A DNA stretch of 64,000 nucleotides from Phycisphaeraceae bacterium. GTDB taxonomy: Bacteria; Planctomycetota; Phycisphaerae; Phycisphaerales; Phycisphaeraceae. Each line of letters begins with the position of its first letter. Position 1 is the first letter of the stretch. This document shows positions 36,955-47,758 of this stretch, in pieces. The translations under genes and the position numbers were made by a program. Below the pieces are notes generated by a model. The model made no database searches. It was given only the letters and a program-made list of their open reading frames with translations, and was not told the origin of the DNA. Where the stretch lies: the NCBI GenBank assembly GCA_963674705.1, contig OY771506.1, positions 3,712,001-3,776,000 of the forward strand, read 5' to 3'.

Positions 36955-39900
36955 ATGAATCCGGCGATGACTGATCCCAACGAGCAGCGCATGATGAGCC
37001 TGTCTTTTCTGAAACCGCTCGGCATGCTGTTGATTGCCCCGGCGTTGTTGTCCTATTGCGCCAGCCAGGTCGAGGCTGCTATCACGCCCACGGGTGATGT
37101 CACTCCGGTCTATACCGGCGCCGATCCTTGGGAAGTTGGTGGCTCGCTCGTTGTCGGCTACAACGCTGACGGAACATTTTATATGGACGAAGCCAGTGTT
37201 GTGGATACCGGCAGTGGTGCTGCAGTTCTCGGTTTAGTGTCGAATGTTACGGGGACCGCCACCGTCAGTGGTCAAGCCACGTTCCTGGATGCTTACGTCT
37301 TGAGGGTTGGCGAAAGCGGCACAGGCATACTTAACATCGAACATGCCGGCGAAGTCAACAGTTCATTTGCCTATATCGGCATGTCATCCGGATCAAACGG
37401 GACGGTCAACATCACGGGTCCAGATTCCTATTGGTGGAACCGTTACACCGTCGAGGTCGGCGTCTGGGGCACGGGTACGTTGAATATCGAAAACGGTGGT
37501 CGGCAATCGCAAACCAACATACGCTTTGGTCTACGCGCCGGGTCACAAGGTAGTGCCACAATCACAGGCACCGATTCGTTTGGTGGTTTTTACAACCTCA
37601 TCGTAGGAGATCACGGTGAGGGCTCGATCAATATCCTTGACGGCGGTCAGGTAAACAGCACATCCGTCCACCTCGGTTTTTATGACGATTCGTCCGGTGT
37701 TGTCACCGTATCCGGACTCGCATCAACATGGAATGTAAGTGGGAATCTCAGGATCGGCGAATATGGCCTGGGTGAGATGACGATCGCAGACGGCGGGGTG
37801 GTGACTAGCGCACAGAATTATATCGGTGCTCTTACAGGATCACACGGAGAGGTCACCATCACAGGCGCCGGATCAACGTGGAACACGACCTCATGGTTGT
37901 ATGTAGGCTTCTACGGTGAGGGATCGCTAACCGTTGAGGACGGGGGTGTGGTTAATACCTACACCAGCTCTATTGTACGCAATTCGGGTATCGTAACGAT
38001 CGATGGTGTCGGTTCAGTCTGGAAAATCGATAATGCACTGGCGATCGGCTCAAGCGGAACAGGAACACTGAATATCAGCAATGGCGGGTTGGTCAATGTC
38101 TCGGGGCAGGCAGATATCGGTCCCGGCGGGGTCATCAACTTCGATAACGGCACGCTCAATACGGGCCGGTTGATGGTCCCGGATAGTGTGCTGCTTGGGA
38201 CCGGCACCGTCAACACAAAAAGCCTGATTGCCGACTTCGATCTGGTCTTCGACGCTTCTACCGGCCATCAGGCTCAGACCGTCATAAGCAACTTTCCGGA
38301 CCAGCACATCACGTTAAACATAGACGCCTCGAACGCAGAGGATACCGGCCCGATGGGTGCCGGCCGTATCGGCACGGGCTCGTTGACCATTGCGGACGGT
38401 TTGTCGTTAACTTACAGCGAAGGATTTCTTGGGCATGATGCTGCATCGGTAGGTTCGGCTTTGGTTACCGGTTCAGGATCGGCATGGAACAGCATAAATG
38501 AGTTATATGTTGGCCACTCTGGGTCGGGTACGCTGCGCGTCGATAATGGTGGATTGGTCACCAATGCAACCGGCTATATAGGCTACGATTCCGGCTCGGT
38601 CGGTGCAGCCATAGTTGATGGGGCCGGTTCTGCATGGCTGAATAACGGTGACCTGACTATCGGGCAAAGCGGCTTGGGAACGCTCAGGATTCAAAATGGC
38701 GCGGTGGTGACTAACAACAATGGCTATCTCGGAACTGATACCGAAGCCAACGGCTCTGTTGTCGTGTCGGGTGCCGGTTCGACTTGGAACAACTCAGGTC
38801 AAATCCATATTGAGAATACAAGTACCCTGCAAATCGAAAGCGGCGGATCGGTTATCAGTAGCGGTGGATCAATTAGCAACAACCTTGGTTCTGATTCGAC
38901 GGCCAGCGTTGGAGGGATTGACTCGCACTGGGATGTTGCGGGAACGCTTGTGGTTGGCGGACAAGGTACAGGCACTTTAACGGTCCATAGTGGTGGGAGT
39001 GCGAGCAGCACGAATGCGTATCTTGGTAAGGAAGCCGGTAGCTCGGGGCTTGCAACTATCAGCGGTGCCTACTCAACTTGGAACAATAGCAATAACCTAT
39101 TCGTCGGCTTTGAAGGATCAGGTTCGCTTGAGATCTACAACGAGGGCCACGTCTCCGTAGCAGGGCGCACCGTTGTTGGTGCCGGTAGTACCATCACTTT
39201 TAATGACGGTACACTGGACACGGGGGCATTGGAAGCGACGAACGATGCCTTGTTAGGTCAAGGGACTATTAACACAAAGGCCATGATTGCCGATGCCGAC
39301 CTGGTATTCAACCAAGCAACAGGATTGCAGACGCAGTTCGTGATTAACAACATACCCGGCCAAAATATCACGGTCCATCTTGATGCTGTGGCTCCGGTGA
39401 GTAATAGCAAAATCGGCGTAGGCAATACCGGTACGGGCACGCTATCGGTCAGTGATGGATTGACCTTATCTTATTACGAGGGGTTCCTGGGATACGAGCC
39501 CGGCTCATCAGGTTCTGCAACTGTCACCGGTACGGGCACAACCTGGAACAATAGCGGCGATCTGCGCGTGGGATATTACGGGCAAGGCAGCCTGACCATT
39601 GAAGATGGTGGGACAGTTAATAATGCCACTGGTTCTATTGGTTATTACCCCGGTTCGAGTGGCACGGTTATCGTCTCAGGCGCGGGCTCCAGTTGGTACA
39701 ACAGCGGCCGTTTGATTGTCGGGAATTATGGCGATGGCATGTTACGTATCGAAGAGGGGGGAAGTGTTGAGGTCATCTATAATCTTACGATGGGCTACCC
39801 TCACCCCCTGGCCGGCAGTGGTACAGTAGATCTGATGGGTGGCACGCTCGACCTGCACGGCAGTGACATCATCCAAAGGTCAGATGCCTCTGTGTTTAAC

Positions 39901-40590
39901 TTTACCGGTGGAACTTTAAGAGGTGTTAGACGGCTGTCTTTAAATCATGCGTTTACCCAAAGCGGTGGTGTCCTCGCTCCGGGTGATTCAATCGGCACGA
40001 CCATTATTTACCAAGACTACATACTATCGGCTGGATCCATTGAACTGGAATGGGGCGGCATCGGTTATACCTATGATCAAGTAATCGCCACCGGCAACAT
40101 CCACATCGCCTTAGCGGGGACAACGCTCGATCTGTTGCCATTTGGACCTATGGCTGCCGGTACCTACACGGTGTTGGTATCGACAGAAGGCTCGCTTACC
40201 GGCACCTTCGAACACATCACCGGCATCGTTGAATACGCGGGTCTCGTCGATGTAACCTACACCGCTAACGCTGTACAGATCACACTCAACCGCGACTTCG
40301 TCCCCGGCGACCTAAACGCTGACGGCTTCGTCGGCCTCGACGACCTCGATATCGTCATCACTCACTGGAACCAGACCGTCCCCGTCGCCGACCTCACACA
40401 AGGCGACTACTCCCGCGACGGCTACGTCGGCCTCGACGATCTTGATGCGGTCTTGCAAAACTGGAACCAAGGCGCGCCCCCAAGTGGCATTACACAAAAC
40501 ATCCCCGAGCCGAGTATGTTTGTTTTGCTTGCTTTCGGCGCGATAGGTGGTACATATAGATTATCCAGTCGATGTGCTGCTCGTGGTTGA
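36955..40590 (+). CDS. Large surface protein: T5SS/PEP-CTERM-associated repeats, dockerin-like domain, PEP-CTERM
   Basis: Signal peptide; many VG..G.GTL.I..GG.V....G..S.W repeats; GDLNADGFVGLDDLD and GDYSRDGYVGLDDLD; IPEP-TM-basic tail. Confidence 0.9.
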   Translation: MNPAMTDPNEQRMMSLSFLKPLGMLLIAPALLSYCASQVEAAITPTGDVTPVYTGADPWEVGGSLVVGYNADGTFYMDEASVVDTGSGAAVLGLVSNVTGTATVSGQATFLDAYVLRVGESGTGILNIEHAGEVNSSFAYIGMSSGSNGTVNITGPDSYWWNRYTVEVGVWGTGTLNIENGGRQSQTNIRFGLRAGSQGSATITGTDSFGGFYNLIVGDHGEGSINILDGGQVNSTSVHLGFYDDSSGVVTVSGLASTWNVSGNLRIGEYGLGEMTIADGGVVTSAQNYIGALTGSHGEVTITGAGSTWNTTSWLYVGFYGEGSLTVEDGGVVNTYTSSIVRNSGIVTIDGVGSVWKIDNALAIGSSGTGTLNISNGGLVNVSGQADIGPGGVINFDNGTLNTGRLMVPDSVLLGTGTVNTKSLIADFDLVFDASTGHQAQTVISNFPDQHITLNIDASNAEDTGPMGAGRIGTGSLTIADGLSLTYSEGFLGHDAASVGSALVTGSGSAWNSINELYVGHSGSGTLRVDNGGLVTNATGYIGYDSGSVGAAIVDGAGSAWLNNGDLTIGQSGLGTLRIQNGAVVTNNNGYLGTDTEANGSVVVSGAGSTWNNSGQIHIENTSTLQIESGGSVISSGGSISNNLGSDSTASVGGIDSHWDVAGTLVVGGQGTGTLTVHSGGSASSTNAYLGKEAGSSGLATISGAYSTWNNSNNLFVGFEGSGSLEIYNEGHVSVAGRTVVGAGSTITFNDGTLDTGALEATNDALLGQGTINTKAMIADADLVFNQATGLQTQFVINNIPGQNITVHLDAVAPVSNSKIGVGNTGTGTLSVSDGLTLSYYEGFLGYEPGSSGSATVTGTGTTWNNSGDLRVGYYGQGSLTIEDGGTVNNATGSIGYYPGSSGTVIVSGAGSSWYNSGRLIVGNYGDGMLRIEEGGSVEVIYNLTMGYPHPLAGSGTVDLMGGTLDLHGSDIIQRSDASVFNFTGGTLRGVRRLSLNHAFTQSGGVLAPGDSIGTTIIYQDYILSAGSIELEWGGIGYTYDQVIATGNIHIALAGTTLDLLPFGPMAAGTYTVLVSTEGSLTGTFEHITGIVEYAGLVDVTYTANAVQITLNRDFVPGDLNADGFVGLDDLDIVITHWNQTVPVADLTQGDYSRDGYVGLDDLDAVLQNWNQGAPPSGITQNIPEPSMFVLLAFGAIGGTYRLSSRCAARG

Positions 40591-40595
40591 ATTGT

Positions 40596-42356
40596 ATGTG
40601 CAATAAGAAGTCTATTATCCCCGTGCTTGTGTTGGCAACGCTTGCGACAGGTATCAATACCACGCTGGCCGCCATCACAGCCACGGGTGATATCACCCCT
40701 GCCTATGATGAAACTGATCCGTGGGAACTAGGCGAAGGCGATCTGTACATCGGCGACACCGCCGCGGGCATGCTCCAGATTGATTCAGCAAGCATCGTGA
40801 ATAATGCCCTTGCAAGCATCGGGCACAACACCGGCTCGAGCGGGACCGTCATCGTGACCGATCCCGGTTCTGAATGGAACAACGCCGGCGATCTGAACGT
40901 CGGCCAGCAAGGCACCGCAACACTTACAATCCAAAACGGCGCTACCGTCCGCAACGCGATAGCAAACCTCGGCATCACGAACAATACAACCGCCACCGCG
41001 ACGATCACCGATCACGGCTCTACCTGGTATTGCTCCGGCCGAATGAACGTCGGCCTGTCCGGCACATGCATCGTTACACTCAACATTGAAAACGGCGCAA
41101 GAGTCGAAAGCCCATCAGGGCTCGTGGGCGCAAGTTCCATTTCAACTGGCATCGCCAACATCACCGGGCCGGGCTCAGCATGGATCAACAACACCGTCAT
41201 GACGATCGGCCTCTCCGGCACCGGCACGTTGAATATCACCAACGGCGGCTACGTGCATAACACCAATGCTGTTTTTGCTAACAGCGTCTCCGCGACTGGC
41301 TCTGCCACCGTCGCCGGCAGCGGATCGCTCTGGGAAAACACCGGCAGCATGTCCGTCGGCCAGTTCGGTCAAGGCACACTCAATATCGAAGATGCCGGCA
41401 AAGTCACGACCGATATCGCCTACATCGGCTATTACAATTCAACCGGCACCGTCACCGTCACCGGTGCCGACTCGCTTTGGGACAACGCCGATACTTTGCA
41501 TGTCGGCTATGGCGCTGTCGGCACGCTGAATCTCTACACCGGCGCAACCGTTAGCGCAGGCAACGATCTAAGCATCGGCACGTATTCCTTCGGCACAGGC
41601 ATCCTCAACCTCGCCGGTGGAACGCTTGATATGAAAGGCTCAAACCTCACCGCAGGCGACGGCGCAGCCACCTTCAACTTCACCGCCGGCACACTCAAAA
41701 ACGCCGCAACAATCGATCTCAAACAACCCTTCATCCAAAACGGCGGCACCCTCGCCCCCGGCGGCTCCATCGGCCAATCAAACATTCTAGGCGACTACCA
41801 ACTCAACGCCGGCACACTCGAAATCGAACTCGGCGGCATCGGCAATCCCCACGACCTGCTCACCGTCACAGGCAACATCGACATTACTCAACTCGATACC
41901 ACGCTCAGCCTGTCGATCGTGGGTTCGGTCATACCCGGCACGTACACCATCATCGAATCAACCGCCGGGACACTCACCGGCCAGTTTGAAAACATCATCG
42001 GCCTGGATAGCTACCCCGGCACGTTCGATGTGCAGTACACCGCCAACGCAGTGAACCTCATCCTCAACGCACTCTCAGGCGACCTCAACGCCGATGGCTT
42101 CATCGGACTCGACGACCTGGACATCGTATTACTTCACTGGAACCAAACCGTCACCCCCTGGGACCTATCCTCCGGCGACACCACCGGCGACGGCTACGTC
42201 GGCCTCGACGACCTCGACCTCATCCTGTCCCACTGGAACCAAGGCACACCGCCAAGTAATACAAGCACAATCATCCCCGAACCCGGATCGTCTGCGGTGC
42301 TATTGCTGACATTGATCGGTTGCTCAGGCAGGGCGTTCCGGTGCAGGATGGTATGA
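40596..42356 (+). CDS. Shorter surface protein: T5SS/PEP-CTERM-associated repeats, dockerin-like domain, PEP-CTERM
   Basis: AITATGDITP start shared with the upstream paralog; same repeats; dockerin pair; IPEPGS-TM. Confidence 0.9.
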   Translation: MCNKKSIIPVLVLATLATGINTTLAAITATGDITPAYDETDPWELGEGDLYIGDTAAGMLQIDSASIVNNALASIGHNTGSSGTVIVTDPGSEWNNAGDLNVGQQGTATLTIQNGATVRNAIANLGITNNTTATATITDHGSTWYCSGRMNVGLSGTCIVTLNIENGARVESPSGLVGASSISTGIANITGPGSAWINNTVMTIGLSGTGTLNITNGGYVHNTNAVFANSVSATGSATVAGSGSLWENTGSMSVGQFGQGTLNIEDAGKVTTDIAYIGYYNSTGTVTVTGADSLWDNADTLHVGYGAVGTLNLYTGATVSAGNDLSIGTYSFGTGILNLAGGTLDMKGSNLTAGDGAATFNFTAGTLKNAATIDLKQPFIQNGGTLAPGGSIGQSNILGDYQLNAGTLEIELGGIGNPHDLLTVTGNIDITQLDTTLSLSIVGSVIPGTYTIIESTAGTLTGQFENIIGLDSYPGTFDVQYTANAVNLILNALSGDLNADGFIGLDDLDIVLLHWNQTVTPWDLSSGDTTGDGYVGLDDLDLILSHWNQGTPPSNTSTIIPEPGSSAVLLLTLIGCSGRAFRCRMV

Positions 42357-42558
42357 GCGATCCGGCGGTCCCCGACGGCTGTCTCATTCCGAGCGGCCGG
42401 TCTGCTAATCCCTGAAATAGTCTCCAATTACAGCAACATAACCGCAACAAATAATTGCTCTGACAGGGGATTAGGTTATACTTTGATACTGCGTATCGAA
42501 GATTCCGCTGGGGGCCTACCCCTGCAGTGCTTTTGTTAATTTGAAGGGGAAGGCAAGC

Positions 42559-45500
42559 ATGCTTCTGTACCGATCTGTCGGCCGTCGTCCGGGTAACTTG
42601 GGTAAATCCTGTGTCACAACCAGCGGTTGGTTGTCCGCCACAGCGCTGGCTTGCCTCGGCGTTGTTTGCATCTCTAGTTACACAACGCCCGCTTACGCGG
42701 AGATTGTCTTCAACGGCCAACTGAGCAATCCTCAGTATACGGGCGACGATCCCTGGTTCATTAATGGAGATCTGGAAGTTCGCCAGCACTCGATATTCGG
42801 TGATTATCCCGATGCGCTGGTGATCAACGATGGCAGCAGTATCTACAACAACGATGGATACATAGGCGGGTTCTTCTCGTTCCAGGAAGTTCGAGTCACC
42901 GTAACAGGCAACGACTCGCTCTGGCGCAACAGCGGCAGCCTGTACATCGGTAATAGGTATGACCCCGGCGTGCTTAACATCGAAGACCAGGCACTGGTCC
43001 GTGTTGACGGCGACACATGGGTAGGATCGCCTGCTTACGATAGTGGTACTATCCACTTCGACAACGGCACACTCGAAACCTCCGGCCTCTACGCCGCCGC
43101 GACGGACCTGCTCGGCACGGGCACGATCAATACAAACACTATCGTCGGTGACATCGACCTGGTTTTCAATCAGGCAAGCGGGTTACAGCTTCAACACATT
43201 CTGAATACTGAACCCGACCAGAACGTCACCATTAATATTGACGCTTCTGATCCAGCCGCCAACCGGGCCATGGGCGCGGGGTACGACGGCGTCGGCTCGT
43301 TAACAATCTCAGATGGCATTTCGCTTACCTCAAACGAAGGCTTCCTGGGATACCTCTATCAATCGCAAGGCACAGCCAACGTCAACGGCGCGAACTCACA
43401 CTGGCAGATCAACGAGTCGCTATATGTAGGCCGCATCGGCACAGGCACACTCAATATCGAAGATGGCGGCGTCGTCACCGTCGGACTGGATACCTTTGTC
43501 GGCTTCGACGAAAATGCTTCGGGTACCATCCACCTGGATAACGGCACGCTCAACACGTCAGGCCTATGCGCCGCCACCGATGATCTGACCGGCACCGGTA
43601 CAATCAATACCCACGGCCTCGTCAGCGACATCGATCTCATCATCAGCAATCCGTCCAATCTGCAAGTGCAGAAAATCCTCAATAGCAGTCCCGACCAGAG
43701 CATCACACTCAACCTCGACGTCTCAGACCCCGCGCAAAACCGTGCGTTGGGCGCGGGCTTCAAAGGCAACGGTTCACTGACGATCGCGGAAGGCGTTTCT
43801 GTTTCTTCAACAGAGGCGATGCTCGGCTACCACGAAGGCTCTAACGGAACAGTTACTATCGCCGGTGCAAACACCGAATGGCTCATCGCCGGTCCGCTTC
43901 AGGTAGGCTACGAAGGCAACGGAACCTTGAGCATCGGACTTGGCGCTTACGTTCAGACGGCGGATGCATGGATCGCAAACAGGTCCGATTCTGTCGGCAC
44001 ATTGGCCGTCAGAGGGGTTGATTCACAATTAATCACCAGCGAAAACCTCTACGTCGGCGAACGCGGCAACGCAACGATGTCGGTCGAGGCTGGCGGATTC
44101 GTTCATAACGACAATGCCTACGTCGGTAACAGCGCCAGCGGCACAGGCACCGTCACGGTCAGCGATGCCGATTCGCTCTGGCAGGTCGACTATCAGTTTT
44201 CCATCGGCCACGAAGGCGCCGGCGAACTCACGATTCATAACGGCGGCCAAGTCTTAATCAATGAATACCATCCCCGCAACAATACCGCCGACATCGGTTT
44301 CGCCGAAGGCGCGAGTGGTAGCGTCCTTGTCACCGGCATCGGCTCGACGCTCCAGACGGACTGCCAGCTTAACATCGGTAGCGCCGGCACGGGCGTCCTC
44401 GACATTCAAGACGGCGCAACCTTAACCACGACGTCCGTACGCCTCGGTAGCGAAACCACCGGCGCCGGCACGGTCAACGTCACTGGCACGCAGTCCACAT
44501 GGACAATCGAAGATGAAATCGTCGTCGGTAAACTCGGCTTAGGCGAACTTAACATCACCAACGGCGGATCGGTAACCGGCGGGGTCTATTACCATGCGAT
44601 CTTCGCAACGATCGGCGGTGAACCCGACGCAACAGGTACAGTCCTGGTTGATGGCGCTGGCTCGCACTGGGACATGCTCGGCACACTTTCCGTTGGCATG
44701 CAAGGGACGGGCACTCTTTCGATCGCGAACGATGCCGTCGTCAATGTCAGCCGGACTACCACCGTTGCCGAAGAATCATCCGCAACAGGTACCATTAACT
44801 TCGTTAATGGAACGCTCAACACCGCCGGACTGCTCGCTTCCACCGACGACCTACTCGGCACCGGTACGATCGAGACCAAAGGCATCGTCAGTGACATCAG
44901 CCTGCAATTCGATCAAACCACCGGCCCCTACCAGCAACTGACGCTCAACACCCAGCCGAACCAGTATATTTCCATCAACATCGATGCGACCGACAGTACC
45001 GCCTATGGCACGCTCGGCGCCGGTTACCGCGGGTTCGGCAGCCTCACGGTTTCGCAAGGCGTCACGGTCAATTCCAGTTTCGGCATACTCGGCGATAAGC
45101 ACGGCTCATACGGAACCGCAGCTATTCAAGGCCAGGATTCTCGCTGGTATTCGGGCTACGAACTGACCGTCGGTAATCGCGGCATCGGGGCTATGGGCAT
45201 TACAGACGGCGCTTCGGCAGGCGGCGACTCACTCTACGTCGGTAGAGAGGCTGGAAGTTACGGCAGCATAGACGTCTCGGATAGCGGTTCAACCTTATAT
45301 GCCAACGAAGCATACATCGGTTACAACGGCACCGCTTCCCTCGATATACGTAACGGCGCGCTGCTCTCGACCGAGGATTTGTATGTCGGCTATTACGCAG
45401 ATTCGCATGGAACCCTACACCTTGCTGGCTCAGCAACCTCATGGAATACCGATAGCTTCTCCATCGGCTCCGGTGGTTCCGGCATACTTACAATCCAGGA

Positions 45501-46773
45501 TGGGGCGCAGCTTGAATTCGATGAAGACTCGTATGTTGGACAATTCCCCGGCGGGCACGGCGAGCTTACAGTGACCGGCGCCGGCTCATCTATAGGCGCA
45601 ACATCATACAACGACCTGAACGTCGGCTACCGCGGCACCGGAATACTCAATATCGAAAACGAAGCCTATGTACGAACCAGTCAGACAATGATCGGCGGCT
45701 GCGATGACGCGGTCGGCATCGCCAATGTCTCCGGCCCAGGCACCGTCTGGGATATCAACCACAGAACCATCGTCGCCTGCGAAAACACCGGCGTCCTGAA
45801 TATCAGCGATGGCGCTGTCGTTAATAACAACAGAACCAACGGCAGTGCCTACATAGGCTATGAAGCAGAATCTGCCGGCACGGTCACGGTCTCCGACACA
45901 GGATCGCAGTGGAACATCGCCGCCAATCTATATGTCGGCTACTACGGCAACGGCATGCTTAATATCGAACAAGACGCCTCCGTCAGCTTAGGAGCGAAAC
46001 TATATGTCTCCACGTACGAGTCCAGCACCGGCACCGTCAATCTCAACGGCGGCACTCTCGACCTTAACGGCAACGAGATATATGCAACCGGCCAAGGCGC
46101 TTTCAACTTCACCGACGGCACACTCAAACATGCCGCGACAATCGATCTCAAACAACCCTTCATCCAAAACGGCGGCACACTCGCCCCCGGCGGATCAATA
46201 GGTCAAACAAACATCATCGGCGACTACCAACTCACCGCCGGCAATATCGAAATCCAACTCGACGGCATCACCCATGACTACCTCTCCGCCACCGGCGACA
46301 TCGACATCGCATCACTCGACACCACGCTCAACCTCTCGATCGTCGGTTCGGTAGTGCCCGGCACGTACACACTCATCGAATCAACCGCCGGCACACTTAC
46401 CGGCCAGTTCGAGAACATCATCGGCCTGGATAGCTATCCCGGCACGTTCGATGTGCAGTACACAACAACGTCAGTCATTCTCTCACTCAACGCACTCTTA
46501 GGCGACCTCAACGCCGATGGCTTCATCGGCCTCGACGATCTCGACATCGTCCTCTTGAACTGGAACCAATCCGTCACCCCCTGGGACCTGTCCTCAGGCG
46601 ACACCACCGGCGACGGCTACGTCGGCCTCGACGACCTCGACCTCATCCTGTCCCACTGGAACCAAGGCACACCACCCAGTGACTCAACCACAATCATCCC
46701 CGAACCGAATACATTGTCACTGCTTTTTGCAGTAATGATTAGCGCAAGTACAAAACGTCGAAGAATCCTGTAA
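42559..46773 (+). CDS. Large surface protein: T5SS/PEP-CTERM-associated repeats, dockerin-like domain, PEP-CTERM
   Basis: Signal peptide ending AYA; same repeats; dockerin pair; IPEPN-TM-KRRR. Confidence 0.9.
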   Translation: MLLYRSVGRRPGNLGKSCVTTSGWLSATALACLGVVCISSYTTPAYAEIVFNGQLSNPQYTGDDPWFINGDLEVRQHSIFGDYPDALVINDGSSIYNNDGYIGGFFSFQEVRVTVTGNDSLWRNSGSLYIGNRYDPGVLNIEDQALVRVDGDTWVGSPAYDSGTIHFDNGTLETSGLYAAATDLLGTGTINTNTIVGDIDLVFNQASGLQLQHILNTEPDQNVTINIDASDPAANRAMGAGYDGVGSLTISDGISLTSNEGFLGYLYQSQGTANVNGANSHWQINESLYVGRIGTGTLNIEDGGVVTVGLDTFVGFDENASGTIHLDNGTLNTSGLCAATDDLTGTGTINTHGLVSDIDLIISNPSNLQVQKILNSSPDQSITLNLDVSDPAQNRALGAGFKGNGSLTIAEGVSVSSTEAMLGYHEGSNGTVTIAGANTEWLIAGPLQVGYEGNGTLSIGLGAYVQTADAWIANRSDSVGTLAVRGVDSQLITSENLYVGERGNATMSVEAGGFVHNDNAYVGNSASGTGTVTVSDADSLWQVDYQFSIGHEGAGELTIHNGGQVLINEYHPRNNTADIGFAEGASGSVLVTGIGSTLQTDCQLNIGSAGTGVLDIQDGATLTTTSVRLGSETTGAGTVNVTGTQSTWTIEDEIVVGKLGLGELNITNGGSVTGGVYYHAIFATIGGEPDATGTVLVDGAGSHWDMLGTLSVGMQGTGTLSIANDAVVNVSRTTTVAEESSATGTINFVNGTLNTAGLLASTDDLLGTGTIETKGIVSDISLQFDQTTGPYQQLTLNTQPNQYISINIDATDSTAYGTLGAGYRGFGSLTVSQGVTVNSSFGILGDKHGSYGTAAIQGQDSRWYSGYELTVGNRGIGAMGITDGASAGGDSLYVGREAGSYGSIDVSDSGSTLYANEAYIGYNGTASLDIRNGALLSTEDLYVGYYADSHGTLHLAGSATSWNTDSFSIGSGGSGILTIQDGAQLEFDEDSYVGQFPGGHGELTVTGAGSSIGATSYNDLNVGYRGTGILNIENEAYVRTSQTMIGGCDDAVGIANVSGPGTVWDINHRTIVACENTGVLNISDGAVVNNNRTNGSAYIGYEAESAGTVTVSDTGSQWNIAANLYVGYYGNGMLNIEQDASVSLGAKLYVSTYESSTGTVNLNGGTLDLNGNEIYATGQGAFNFTDGTLKHAATIDLKQPFIQNGGTLAPGGSIGQTNIIGDYQLTAGNIEIQLDGITHDYLSATGDIDIASLDTTLNLSIVGSVVPGTYTLIESTAGTLTGQFENIIGLDSYPGTFDVQYTTTSVILSLNALLGDLNADGFIGLDDLDIVLLNWNQSVTPWDLSSGDTTGDGYVGLDDLDLILSHWNQGTPPSDSTTIIPEPNTLSLLFAVMISASTKRRRIL

Positions 46774-46869
46774 CACTCAACAAGAACGATTCATTCACGA
46801 AATGCAAAAACCACCATCAAAATGAGATGGCGATTTATCATTGAGTTTGTTTGCTCGTGTAGATAATAC

Positions 46870-47694
46870 CTACGCCGCGTCCGCGCGGTTCTGATCTTCC
46901 TCAGCCGAATCGTCTTCATCCAGTTTGGCTTGCGTTTCTTCGATCGCATGGTTGTGCGACTCGGCGCCCGGGTTCTCATCGATCAGACGCTGCAACAGTT
47001 TCGAGTAAATCTTCTCTTCACCAGCCGACATCGGCGGCGTCTCGATCACCGTATCCGTATCGAACTCGATCGGGATATCTGCGTTCTTCTTCGGCGGAGC
47101 AGGAGGAATCGGCGGCAACGGCTTGGATGTGTTCGGCTTCTCCTGCGCAACTTCGCTGCTTGTTTCCTGCTTAGCGTTTGTTTTCGTTGCCGATGCGTGT
47201 GGATACTTCAAGCTGTTTTGTTCGATCAGTGTTCGACTCTGATCCAGCATCGCTTCAGCGCGCTCGAGCATCTGCTGTATGCGTGCTTCACTGCTTTCAA
47301 GGTTTGATTGCACCGCATCGATCTTCTCTTCCAACTTGCGGATCGCAGTCGTGAAGCTTTCATCAATCTGGCCGATCCATTGATCGTACTGATGCAACGT
47401 CTGCGCAACATCCTGATTGACTTCATCCTTGAGTTGCTTCTGCAGAGACTTGATCTGTTGAAGCACATCCGTCTGACTCGACAACCGAGCTTCCGCCGCC
47501 TTGAACAGTTGCATCCCTAGCTTGACACGCTGTTCCGCTTGAGCCTGTACGCGCTTCAGTGCTTGCATCTGTTGCTCGGGGGTCAACGGCTGACGGTTGA
47601 AGCTCGATAGGCTGGATAGCCCTGTCAGTCCGGAGTCGCTGGTTGTAGTTGATGCGCGGCTCATCTCTTTTCCTGTTACGGGTTTACGAATCAT
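46870..47694 (-). CDS. Coiled-coil hypothetical protein with a Pro-rich, acidic tail
   Basis: Long Q/E/L heptad-rich helix; PLPPIPPAPP; ends RADAA. Confidence 0.75.
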   Translation of the reverse strand: MIRKPVTGKEMSRASTTTSDSGLTGLSSLSSFNRQPLTPEQQMQALKRVQAQAEQRVKLGMQLFKAAEARLSSQTDVLQQIKSLQKQLKDEVNQDVAQTLHQYDQWIGQIDESFTTAIRKLEEKIDAVQSNLESSEARIQQMLERAEAMLDQSRTLIEQNSLKYPHASATKTNAKQETSSEVAQEKPNTSKPLPPIPPAPPKKNADIPIEFDTDTVIETPPMSAGEEKIYSKLLQRLIDENPGAESHNHAIEETQAKLDEDDSAEEDQNRADAA

Positions 47695-47758
47695 TCTTTT
47701 TATCGGTTAAATGCCTGTCTGACTGCACAATACGAGCGACTGCGTTATGCTCATAGCC

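Noticed and set aside
41670..46705. Diversity-generating retroelement template/variable pair
   Set aside because: Both copies are coding, differences are not adenine-specific, and there is no reverse transcriptase
36955..46773. Classical autotransporters
   Set aside because: No C-terminal beta-barrel or terminal aromatic residue; they end in dockerin-like plus PEP-CTERM
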